Positions 13,289-24,664 of a stretch of 64,000 nucleotides of DNA are shown one piece after another. The position numbers and the translations under genes are program-made. Source of the DNA: Pristiophorus japonicus (lineage: Eukaryota); NCBI RefSeq assembly GCF_044704955.1, contig NC_091999.1, positions 10,726,001-10,790,000 on the forward strand. Reading direction: 5' to 3'. The notes beneath the pieces are model-generated. The model made no database searches. It saw only the letters and a list, made by a program, of their open reading frames with translations, and was not told the DNA's origin. Position 1 is the stretch's first letter; the number at the start of each line of letters is the position of its first letter.

Positions 13289-13820
13289 CCTGATGGTTTC
13301 TATTAGATAATCACTGCATCGCTGATCTCCTCTGCTGCTGGTTTTGACTGCTCTGTGAGATACATTTCCACTGTCCCAAATCCTCCTGTAATGAAAGGAT
13401 TAATCAGACTATACTCAATGTGTTGACTCCTCTGCGTGGTACAGTAACACAGGCTACATTCTGTAAGGTACGAGTGACATCGAGATTGACTCGGTTACAA
13501 ATACCCAGCGCCAGGAATGTCCCGTTAGAGAGTCACTATCACAAAGGGTTTACGTTTACCTCACTGCCCTCCATAAGGAGGAGAGGAACTTGCTGTTCCT
13601 TAGACCACTGACTTGTCTGGATATAAACCACGCATGAAAAATATACATTTCCAGCCAATCTGAGAACAGCAAATCCACGTGACTGAGACTTTAACTGGGA
13701 GGCGCTGACTTTACTTAACCGCATGTCCAATGTCTTCACTCGGTTTGGGGTCTTGTGATGCGAGCTGTGTGTCGCTTTCTTCCTGACATTGTAATTGCCA
13801 GGATGTATTATTCGGTACAA

Positions 13821-14271
13821 ATGAATCTATTCCCCGTTATTCTGCTGCTGCCAACATGTAGGTACAGGAGCTGAGCTCAATAACCCGCAGTGTTTCTTTT
13901 TATGCAAGTTGCTCCAGTGTTTTATTATCTTAATGTTTTTACAGGTCGGTGTCTCTCGGACCAAATGCTGCAGTTTCCCGCTGTGGTAAGAGTACGGATT
14001 GGTGATTCACTGCAGATTAACTGCAGCTATGATACTCCCAGCTTTTACGCCATGCAGTGGTACAAACATAAATCCAGTCAGGTAATCGAGTGGTTAATAA
14101 GGCAGTTATCGGCTGGCAGGGAGAGTAGGGATCGATTTGAAATGGATCTTTCCACTGCAGACAAACGCGGCCAATTGGTGATTACAAGCACAGTGAGCTC
14201 GGATACCGCTGTGTATTACTGTGTGATAGACTCACACTAATAGGAATTGCTGCAGTCTCTGCACAGATACC
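13821..14271 (+). CDS. TCR alpha/delta V segment, apparently functional (leader 13821-13857, V exon 13945-14232, RSS 14233-14271)
   Basis: MNLFPVILLLPT-T|gtaggt; CRCLSDQMLQFP..INCSYDTPSFYAMQWYKH..DTAVYYCVID; CACACTA-23-ACAGATACC. Confidence 0.9.
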
Positions 14272-16333
14272 TTCCTCTTGTTTACAGTTGCGTAACAGCT
14301 GCAGCAATCTCTCCAATGATGCAGGGCAGGCAAAGTGGGTCAGAGGAAGAGCAGCAGACGGAAGCTGTAGGCGGGGCTGCCACAGGCAGTGTGTCTGCAA
14401 GGGTTGTCTCGACAATTTCCATTTAACAGCGGGTTTCATCAGAGATATTGACAGTCACAACATAAAATGTCTACAGGTGGAGCCAGTCACACAATGGGTG
14501 CAGCCTTTGGTGTGAGGAAAGCATCAGCATTGCCTAATAGTTAGATTATATTCACCGGGCTGGGAACCCTCACAATGATTGTTTTTCATTTTATGCCGGT
14601 GTGTGACGATACACCGAGAGCATTAGCTTCATTCTCCAGTAACTTTCATGTTCACACTGAACTATCCGGTAGATTTTCTCTTGTCGATATTTCTAATGAA
14701 ATAGTCAACGCATTCTAAATGATTGTGAGTGTGATTAGAAAAAACAAATTTCAGCTAATATTTACACATAGAGACCAGGGCAACGCTCCCCGCTGTGTGT
14801 CCCCAGCGCAAGATTAATGGTACCTGAACACGGGTCAACCACACCAGTCTGATTGGTGACTGTGAGTGAAATAAACTGAACATCTACCTTTACATTCAAG
14901 ACGATATATTGCCAGTTTGAGTTAATATCAGGCCGCCTTCATCAGATTGCGTTGGTAATTGTTCGGAGAGGAACATGACCCCTCCCCCAAATGGCTGATA
15001 AAACGGTTCTACCTCTGCCTGAACTCAACATGAGGCGCCTTTCCCCTGTGCTGATATCAATGACATGGGATGAAATATGGTGGTTATTGACACGGGACAA
15101 TCTCCTTATCCGGGTTTCACTCCTGTCTCTATGCGTGTGTCCTTCATTCCAGCAGTAAGCGCATTTTTTCAAATGGCAGCTTTACAAAACGACCCATTCC
15201 TTCCGTGTTATTTGCTTTAATCTTTTCATTATCAGCAAATAATTCTAAAGTGTGGTATGGAGAGATTGTGACGATGAGTTTCTGACAATACAAGGCGTGG
15301 GGAGGAGTGGGGCGGAGGGGGGACGTCTTTGCTGAACTCCATGAACTTAAACACAAATATAACTAGATGCCAAATGTTGATGGATTTAAAGGAATTAAAG
15401 GATCTAAGGATCCCGAGGGCGCAGCGAGATATATACGAGCACGTCGCCTTCTCATGGATATGTCACTGTCACGCTGTTCGGATACTCGGTGAAAACAGAC
15501 AGTGAATGTATCAATTGAGCAGTTTGCAGCGCCCATTTTGGGGAGATGTGTTGCGGTGAGTGTCAAGCCTTGTACATCATCACTTATGTGGACAGATATC
15601 TAATCAGATGAATTGGAGCTTGGAAATTAAAAGCCTCAATCCCTTCCCGGTTATTTTCAAGTCCTTTCCATCCAAAACCAAATACTGCCTTTACTCATTT
15701 TATGGTCTCTATTTGAATGGGGGAAACATACCAGCGTTCAGCCAACTGATCTTGTCAGTCCACATGAGACACAATAGATATCCATCCTTTCTGTCCCCAC
15801 TACATTCCAAAACAACTCCCAGTGAGTGAAATCTCAGTGTCTGACACACTGACCCATCCAGTCCCCTGTCAGAGGGAGTGGAGACCTTGATCCTCCTCTG
15901 ACTGGGCTAAATTAGACCTCTGATCCCAGAGAATGAATGGTCAATGTATGACCCAACAGTACAGCATGAGTTAACGATAACCTTAACTGCTTTTGCTCAA
16001 GAGGATAAATGAGTAAAAGCGATACCAGAGGGTATGTCAGTACGAATAAAGCGTCAGCACTTGCATTATTCCCTAACCTTCAGTGAAGATATAAGTTATA
16101 AGTAGCATCATACTTGGTAGAAAATAAACCAACCGATTGCACATCAGAATAACCCGGAATAAATCGATGTTCCAGTAATATTCTTGATCCACCGTGCGCT
16201 GAAATCAGGAAAACACAGTGAATGAAATTTAAACTTTCAATGTTTTGATTTTGGTGAGTGAATTGTGCAGAAAAGCATTAATCGTTGAAACATATTTCTT
16301 CTTTCTAATTATCTGTCTCTTTTGTATTGGCAG

Positions 16334-16640
16334 TAATGGGCGGCGAGGCTGTGATCCACCAACCACAGCTGATATTTGCACAAAGGAGAATCGATTGAAA
16401 TCCAGTGCAATGCAAGCATCAGCGGCTCTGATGGTATATTCTGGTGCAGATAACTACAGAACCGTCGTCTGAAATTTATCATATTTACCATACTGGACAA
16501 TGCCACAGATGGACGACTCAAATCTTCATTGACCCAACAAGAAGTTAATACATTCTCGATATGGACAGCACCGCGATCTCAGACGCTGTATTTTATTAAT
16601 GTGCAGTGAGATAAAGGCTGGGCGCTCCAGTATAATATCT
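16334..16640 (+). pseudogene. TCR V pseudogene (family of 12981/33360), heptamer deleted
   Basis: Homologous to the 12981 exon; frameshifts and stops; spacer and nonamer retained but CACxGTG missing. Confidence 0.85.
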
Positions 16641-17149
16641 ACTGCAGGTTCCCATCAGAAAATCTAAACATCCTTTCTCTTCTCTCATGAAGGGGTAGAC
16701 TCATTTGTGGTGTACAGTTCCATTCATCGAGAAGTAAAGGATTAATCTGATTTATGGCAAAATGGTAACTCTTTTGGGCTGTGCATTTCCACATGCTCTA
16801 TTCTTCTTGGAAAGGGATGGTCATTCAGACTGAGCTGAATACTATTAATTTAACTTGCTACTCATTTCTGATCATGTTGTAATTAATTTCATTCAGATAA
16901 TAGGTGGCTTTTATCTAATTTATCATGTCCTTGTGTTCCAATCTCTCATTATGCGCTGGCCTTCTATCTCCCCTTTTCTATTGGTTGTGGTTATTTCTAA
17001 TAGTAAGTGAGCATCTATTTCAATGGGAGACTCCCGGACTGGTACGAGAAGTAAATTAACTATTTCCCTGCACTGCCCCACCTCATCTGCTAAAGAGCCA
17101 AACATTGGGTTTAATTCCCGTTCAGTTGTCTTTTGTGAGGAGAACAATT

Positions 17150-17275
17150 TCATTCCATTCCGCGTTCCTCGCTCTGATGTCATGAATTGGAGAACAAAAG
17201 GAGCTCGGAGATGATTCGTTGAATTGGAGAGCTGATTGGATAATACCTGCTGACTCTTCCAGGAATGAACCAATC
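17150..17275 (+). promoter_or_regulatory. Tandem ATTGG/AACAAA promoter repeat upstream of V leader
   Basis: Repeated GAATTGGAGAACAAA / GCTGATTGGAT units; paralogs ~34210-34350 and ~59770-59920. Confidence 0.55.
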
Positions 17276-17376
17276 AGCAACGACACCGGATATTAATCAA
17301 CATCTTCGCAACTCTTGACTAAAATAATTTCAGGTTCACCCGTTCTGTTCAAAATTGCTGCATACTATCTGTAAAC

Positions 17377-17912
17377 ATGTTCGGTGTCACTTTTTACTAA
17401 GCCGTCACAACTGCAGCTCTCTTAACTGGTAAAATGTAAAGTTACACAATGTTCCTCTTCCAAGTGTCATTGACAACCTTTTAACGGTGCTGTCTCTGTA
17501 TTTGCAACGTATTCTGTCAAATGATGATTTAGTTATAATTAAATTATTAAAACATGTTTATATATTTCTGCAGGTGTTAGTGGTGCAGACTCCGTCTCAC
17601 AGCTGCCGGTTACACTGATGCATTTTGAAGGAGACTCGGTGACAATTAATTACAGCTTTTCTACGACTGCTGGATCTTATTCCTTACAGCTCTACCGTCA
17701 GGATAGGAATAAAGATCCCAAAATCCTAATCTACCGTCCTTCCTTTGGGGAAGTTGTCAGGGCACTGGGGCTCGATTTTCTGCATCTCTCGACACTTCGA
17801 AAAGGGAGGGAAACTTCAGCATCGGCGGTCTGCGGCTGACTGACAGCGCGGTGTATTACTGCGGGCTGACAGACACAGTGATAGGAATCGGACGGTGTCT
17901 CATACAATAACA
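17377..17912 (+). pseudogene. TCR V pseudogene of the non-canonical INY/QLYRQ family
   Basis: Leader with TAA stop; exon from 17574 GVSGADSVSQLP..VTINYSFS..LQLYRQ.. frameshift ..DSAVYYCGLT; CACAGTG(17874)-23-ACAATAACA. Confidence 0.88.
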
Positions 17913-18261
17913 CTGCTGCCATCTGACATGGTCAACGGAATAGTGGGCAAAGTGGAGAGAACTTATCGCAGGCGAGTGTCCATGTAAACCAAACAAATTG
18001 ACAGCTAACCAATAAACAATACAGAACTGGTATAAAATGTATTATTAATAATAATAATCTTGCAGTTAATTTCATAATACATTTTGTGGTTGCAAAATGC
18101 TCACAATCTCTGTTCATGTCACTGACACATCAACTTTCAATCTTAATGAAAAGTATATAAAGCAGTTTCAAATTCAGTGTCAGAATCGCACTCAGACCTT
18201 CCGCTCCAATTTGCAGGAGATGAAATAAATGGAGAGATACTTCCAGTAACGTTTAACATTA

Positions 18262-20150
18262 AAACATAGGAACATAGAATATAGATGCAAGAGTAGGACA
18301 TTCGGCCCTTCGAGCCTGCACCATCATTCAACAACATCATGGCTGATCATTCCGTCAGTTCCCCTTTCCTGCTTTCTCTCCATACCCCTTGATCCCCTTA
18401 GCTGTAAGGGCCATATCTAACTCACTCTTGAATATATCCAATGAAGTGGCATCAACAAAATTCTGCGGCAGGGAATTCCACAGATTAACAACTCTCTGAA
18501 TGAAGATGTTTCTCCTCATCTGAGTTCTAAATGGCCTACCCCTTATCCTAAGACAGTGTCTCCCGGTTCTGGACTTTCCCAACATCGGGAACATCCTACC
18601 CACATCTAGTCTCTCGCGTCGCATCAGAATCTTGTAGGTTTCTATGAGATCCCCTCTCATCCTTCTAAAATCCAATGTATAAAGGCCCAGTTGATCCAGT
18701 CTCTCCTCATATGTCAGTCGAACCATCCCGGGAATCATTCTTATGAACGTTCGCTGCACGCACTCAATTGCAAGAACGTCCTTCCTCAGATTAGGAGACC
18801 AAAACTGAACACAATATTCCAGGTGAGGCCTCACCAAGGCCCTGTACAACTGCAGTAAGACTTCCCTGCTCGTTTACTCAAATCAGCTAGCTATGAAGGC
18901 CAAGATACCATTTGCCTTCGTCACCACCTGGTGTACCTGTATGCCAACTTTCAATGACCGATGAACCATGACACGTTGCACCTCCCCATTTCCTAATGTG
19001 CCACCATTCCGAAATTATTTTTTCTTCGCGTTTTTGCCCTCAAAGTGGATAACCTCACATTTATCCACATTATACTGCATCTGCCATGCATTTGTCCACT
19101 CACCTAACTTGTCCAATTCAGCCTGCAGCCTCCTTGCTTCCCCCTCACAGCTCACACCGCCACCAGTTGAGTGTCATCTGCAAACTTGGAGATATTACAC
19201 TCAATTCCTTCATCCAAATCATTGATGTATATTGTAAAGAACTGGAGTCCCAGCACTGAACCCTGCGGCACTCCACCATTCACTGCCTGTCATTCTGAAC
19301 AGGATCCGTTTATCCCGACGCTCTACTTCCTGTCTGCCAACCAGTTCTTTATCCACTTCAGTATATTATCCCCAATACCATGTGCTTTGTGTGGGGCCTT
19401 GTCAAAAATCTTTTGAATGTCCAAATAGACCACATCCACTGGTTCTCCCTTGTCCACTCTACTAGTCACATCCTCAGAAAATTCGAGAAGATTTGTCAAG
19501 TATGATTTCCGCTTCATGCATCCATGCTGACTTGGACCGATCCTGTCACTGCTTTCCAAATGCGCTGCTATTTCATCCTTAATAATTGATTCCAACATTT
19601 TCCCCACTACTGATGTCAGGCTAAACAATCTATAATTAACCGCTTTCTCTCTCCCTCCCTTTTTAAAAGGTGGTGTTAAATTAGCTACCCTCCAGTCCAT
19701 TGGAACTGATCCAAATTCGATAGCTTGTTGGAAAATGATCACCAATGCATCCACCATTTCTAGGGTCACTTCGTTAAGTTCTCTGGGATGCAGACGATCA
19801 GGCCCCGATAATTTATCGGCCTTCAATCCCATCAATTTCCCTAAGACAATTTCCTGCCTAATAAGGATGCCCTTCAGTTCCTCCTTCTCACTATTCCCTC
19901 AGTCCCCTAGTTCTTCCGGAAGGTTACTTGTGTCTACCATAGTGTAGACAGAGCCAAATTATTTGTTCAATTGTTCTGCCATTTCTTTGTTCCCCGCTAT
20001 AAATTCACCTGAATCCGACTGCAAGGGAACTACTTTTGTCTTCACTAATCTTTTTCTCTTCATATATCTATAGAAGCTTTTGCATTCAGTTTTTATGTTT
20101 CTGGCAAGCTTGTTCTCATACTCTAATTTCCCCCCTCTTAATTAAACCCT
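18262..20150 (-). mobile_element. CR1 LINE (RT + 3' UTR) absent from the paralogous block
   Basis: ORFs 18355..18849 and 19323..19835 are CR1 RT; not present between 35400 and 35430. Confidence 0.9.
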
Positions 20151-20234
20151 TTCGGAGACCATAGAGGCGTCAAAACTCTTCAGAACAACGAGGTCTCCCC
20201 TGAAATGTGACCCAGTGAGACTCAGCATCCACCC

Positions 20235-20546
20235 TTAGCGGCTGGCCAGGACGCTGAATGTACCAGAACACATTATGTGCAGCACCGCTGATTTTCAATG
20301 TGCAGGTTAGTATGACATTACTTTGAACTTCAACCATCATTTCAGGAACTGGCTGTTCCACTGTGTCTTGTTGTCTCCATACTGACATGAAATAATAGTG
20401 GTAGTAATTATCCTCACCATCATCACTTGACCAATAATAACATCTGGATTACAGCAGTCAAACGGATAATGGATTTTTAGCAGGAGGCCAATACTTACTG
20501 AGAAGCGATTGTAAATGACCAGGAGCAGTGCGAGACGCTTCCACAT
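20235..20546 (-). pseudogene. 3'-truncated TCR V pseudogene (family of 50276)
   Basis: Leader MWKRLALLLV..|gtaagt; WRQQDTVEQPVPEMMVE..LTCTLK..VFWYIQRPGQP, then homology ends; no RSS. Confidence 0.85.
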
Positions 20547-21107
20547 GATGATACTTGAGTCTGCAACTGCGCAGTCCGGAAATCCTCAGTCGGAGCAGAA
20601 ATATCGACATGGCCCTACTGCACACCTGATTCAAACAATGCCAAACAGGGAACCGAGGAAGCAATCTCTCAAATAGCACAGGCCTACAAAGGAGGGTCAG
20701 AAGGAGACAGCAAATGGATTATTTGTGTGCAGCTGCCGCAGACACAAAATTGATTGAATTCAATTATATGTGTAACCACACAAATTGCACAGTGCCGCTC
20801 AGCTGTACGTGGAGCACATGGGGCAGAAAGGGCGGTGGTTGGGTCGGGAAGTCTATGGTCTAACTGCTTCTGCTTACTGAGCAAGTGACAGGGAATAAAC
20901 CGAGTTTGGGGGAAATGAAGATATTGCGCAGCTTCAGAAATAATAAGCAGCTTTATTCAGTTCTGATCTGTAGCGTTGAAACACGATATCTGGCACATGT
21001 GTTTTATATATAATCAACAAACCCGAAATCCCCACAACGAACTTATTCTGAATAAATTATGCCAACAGAGGACGCCAATATGAAAATGGTCATTAGAGAG
21101 TCAAGTG

Positions 21108-21152
21108 ATGCAAATACCAATGGCAACAGCGATCGAAGCCTCAGTGATGTCA
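21108..21152 (+). promoter_or_regulatory. Octamer (ATGCAAAT) plus TCR-V decamer/CRE (AGTGATGTCA) upstream of V leader
   Basis: Exact matches at 21108-21115 and 21143-21152, about 105-150 bp before ATG 21257. Confidence 0.55.
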
Positions 21153-21256
21153 CAATGGGGCCGCACCCTGCAGTGCGCTCGTGGAACAATGGAACAGGCC
21201 ACGTTTTATTTATCACCTTCTCAATCTCTGCCTCATTCAATTTAAATCTCTGTGAC

Positions 21257-21813
21257 ATGTTGCTAATAATCCTGGCGAGTGTGTTGGACCGTAAATATTG
21301 CATTATATTAAACAACACATGTTAACTGATTGATGCAAACAGGTCGTGCAGGGTATCGGTGCAATTCGTAATCATAAATATTAATATGATGGTCAGCTGT
21401 GTAGATGGGAGAATAAACACACTGGCACAGATAGGCACAAGTGTAGATCGGTGTTGGTTAACTCCCTGTTATTTTACTCCCCAATATTCACAGACGAACT
21501 TTGTACAGATCCAGTAAATCAGTCTCTGTTGACAATTGCTCTGTCAGCAGGGGGTTCATTGAGGTTAGATTGTGAACATACAAAACCGGATATTTGCTAC
21601 ATGGAAATCTATTGGCAGAAACCGGCACAGCACCCAAGCTGGATAATTAGCAAAGTAGCAGCAGTGTAGGGTGTCGAAATCTCTGGTGAACGCTAACTAC
21701 TCTAGAAATACGGTTAATTCAAGATAAGCGGCCTGAGTGGGGTGGATGGGACGGCCCATTACTGTGCCGTGAGGCACTGCATCAGATAAAAGCAAAGGCT
21801 TCGTTCAAAAACC
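21257..21813 (+). pseudogene. TCR V pseudogene with 23-RSS
   Basis: Leader MLLIILASVLD|gtaaat; exon from 21494 ..LRLDCEHTKPDICYMEIYWQKP..TAG..HYCAVR; CACTGCA(21775)-23-TCAAAAACC. Confidence 0.82.
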
Positions 21814-21929
21814 TCAGCGAGTATTAGCAGCTCCATTACTTCATCGTTGTTGTGTTTATCTGTGGATTTAGTTTGATCCCAAAGTCACGGAGACCAAAGA
21901 CTGTCAGGTTGCTCGAGCATCGAGTTGTA

Positions 21930-22255
21930 GTCGTGTACTTCTCTTTGTCCAAATCAGCAGAGAAGCGGTGTGGGAAATCTGGAGAACTTTCTCGGTTCTT
22001 ACAAGCGATATTGAAGTACGAATAGAGAGAGGAAAAACGATCCGAAATGGAGATTCAGTATAACGGTCTGATCTTCCAGAACCGTTAATTCAGACGAATA
22101 AAGGGACACTGGGTCTGCGCTACTCATTCCTGAATCAAAATTTAGAATATCTTAAAAGTCTGCGACTAAATATCACCCATGAAGCACATGCGAATCATTT
22201 AAGCAAAGACACACCGGGCAGGATGACCATTATCATCAGTAAGTAATATGGGAGC
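21930..22255 (-). pseudogene. Decayed, truncated TCR V (family of 8260)
   Basis: Leader relic ..MIMVILP-G|gtgtgt; exon start GMSSADPVS..ELTVLEDQTVIL, SPDFPHRFSADLDK. Confidence 0.75.
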
Positions 22256-22485
22256 AGAAGATATCTGGTTTAGAGTTCGACAGAACATAGCAACGTTTTG
22301 ATGCTATGTTGATCCTTATCATTTGGAATTAAAGGGTAAACTGAACCAGGGGCAGGCTTCACATATTTGCAGACTGAGGGGCGGTTTCCAGGGTCAGTGT
22401 TATAAATCACATAGCGCTCTGTTAACGGCACAGGTGGTGAGCGATTAGCTCCACCCCAACCCGCACCCCCACCCCGGACCGGACA

Positions 22486-22524
22486 GGTTTCTGTACGTTC
22501 TCTGCTGATCTTTGCCGCACTGTG
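22486..22524 (-). other. Orphan near-consensus 23-RSS CACAGTG-23-ACAGAAACC with no V exon attached
   Basis: Paralogous to the RSS at 38239-38277, but the upstream flank is unrelated to a V. Confidence 0.8.
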
Positions 22525-23891
22525 TAACCGTACGACATGGGCTTTATTCTATCTTCATCAAAAACCCCTTTAAATACAGTTATATTTCCCAGTGCCACAG
22601 GTTGCACTGAGTAAATTGAGCAACTTTCCGATAGGAATATCTAACCGATGATGAGGGAGTATGCCCTCCAATTGTGCTGCTGGTAAACGGGACCGAAGGA
22701 ATTAATTGACTGACAGCGTTTTAATTCCGCCCCTGCTTCAGCTCATAGTCCGATTAAACCCTCATCCATGCCTTTGATACCTCTAAGCTAGACTATTCCA
22801 TGCTCCACTGACCGGCCTCCCAGGGTGCACCCACCGTAAACGTTAGCTCATCCAAAGCTCTGCTGCCTGTATCATAACTCGTGCCAAGTTCTGTTGAGCC
22901 ATCACGTCTGTGCTCGCTGACCTACATTGGCTCCCAGTCCGACAACGCCTCGTGTTTAAAATTTACATTCATGTTTGAAAATCTCCACATTGTCTCGCTC
23001 CTCTCTATTTCTGGGCCCTCCTCCAGCGCTCCCAGCCTCAAGATCTCTGCACTGTGGAAGAGAGAAACAAGATGAAATATGTTTGGTCGACAATTATGTC
23101 AGAAAGGCTCCACATAAGCCCGATGCTGAGTAGCCAAATTGAAGTTGTATGCACTCTAAAAGAATTTTTGGATGTTTGGAGTCATACGTTCTCATCCCCA
23201 CCCTCAATAATCTTCTATCATGTCTCAGCATGCTCTCACCGCACTTCCTTGTGTCCTCAGTCGTGCTCTGAGGCCGGTAGGTGGGGAGCTGGCTACCAGT
23301 GAATAATAACACACTGAGCTGTGCCACAGTCTGTGCCCTAAGAAGGGAATGGTTAAAATTTTAGAGACAGGGAGTGGGAACGAGTCGCTTGGCTGTGTGT
23401 TGCAAACCGGAAGCTGCGGGATTGTTAATGGTGACAGGAAAGATTCCAGAATTAAGAGACTTCCTGAAGGACGTTGGAGATTGGGAGAACTCTGTGCTTG
23501 GGGCTTGTATGGAAGAGGGCAGTAACGACTTTGTGAAATCTGTTGATTGTGTATAAACAGACTCCGACCCAGCAACATACTCTGATCAAATAAAGTCTGT
23601 GTACAGGCCACAATCACAGGGTCCTGGAAACTAACAGAGGAGATGTATAAACAGATGCACAATACTGGTGGTTGGTTCTGAAAGAGCATCAAATGATAAA
23701 GTGTAAATTAAGGCGACAGAAGTGGATTTATAAGTTAATTTTAGTACAAATACGAGTTTAAATCACTTAATAAAATTCTACAAGTGGACCTCACCCCTTC
23801 TTGTTCAGAGTTGTGCTTTGGCACCCTTTTAAGAAGGTCCCTATGACTCTCACTTTGGAGGTTAAGTTTTCACTTCTGTTTATCAGTGTGA

Positions 23892-23910
23892 GGGCGCCCT
23901 CTGGTGAGCA
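23892..23910 (-). promoter_or_regulatory. RSS-associated CTCF-binding element
   Basis: Reverse complement TGCTCACCAGAGGGCGCCC, 23 bp beyond the nonamer. Confidence 0.75.
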
Positions 23911-23933
23911 CTGAGTTTGGAATTCTCAGTATG

Positions 23934-24406
23934 AGTTTTTGTACGGGGTCTGCTATATCTCTGCAGTAGTGTGGGCTGCATGGCACAGAAATACACGGCG
24001 GCATCGGAGACAAGCGTCCCAGCGATATTTAAACGAACCGTTTTATTCATTTTGTTCATATCAGCAGAGAACCTGTCTGGGAAACCTGGAGATTTGTCTC
24101 CGCCTTCTGAGCTATATCTCGTCAGTAAATATCTCGGAGCTTCCCCTGGATATTGTATGTACCAGAACAGAGTCAAACCAGCTCTCGAGTAACTGCAGCT
24201 CAGTATTATGTTCTGTCCTTCCTCAACCGTTAATTCAGACGGATCCTGGAGCACCTTATCTTCACCATTGACTTCTGTAACAAATCAGAGAATGTATCAA
24301 AACTTCTGCGCGTGAATATAACTCATGGATCTCAAGCTTGCCATTTAAACGTGGACTCACTGGGCAGCACGAACATTATTATTAGGCAGAAACATGGGGA
24401 GTACAT
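23934..24406 (-). CDS. TCR alpha/delta V segment, apparently functional (leader 24406-24361, exon 24274-23974, RSS 23973-23934); inverted duplicate of 8260
   Basis: MYSPCFCLIIMFVLP|gtgagt; KVNGEDKVLQDPSELTV..LSCSYS..LFWYIQYPG..DAAVYFCAMQP; CACACTA-24-ACAAAAACT. Confidence 0.9.
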
Positions 24407-24664
24407 GATGAATTGTATCGCGTTCGACAGGAAATAGCAGAATGTTCTCAATATTCTAATCGTTTACTCAGGATTCAACGTTGGTCGGGCGCAGACTTCA
24501 CTGATTGGGTGATTGTGGGGCGTTTCCCAGGCACAGGATTGGCTAGTCTCTATGAACCGACAATTGTGTGAACCAATCAGTTGCGGACTAATTACTTTCT
24601 TTGCCGATTTATTTTTCTGTCTCTCTCTGTGGCTATGTCTCGACCTCTCCCTTTTCGGGGGATG

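Noticed and set aside
22486-22566. D segment flanked by 12- and 23-RSS, or a precise signal joint
   Set aside because: The nonamer-like TCAAAAACC has no heptamer at 12- or 23-nt spacing; kept only as a weak hint
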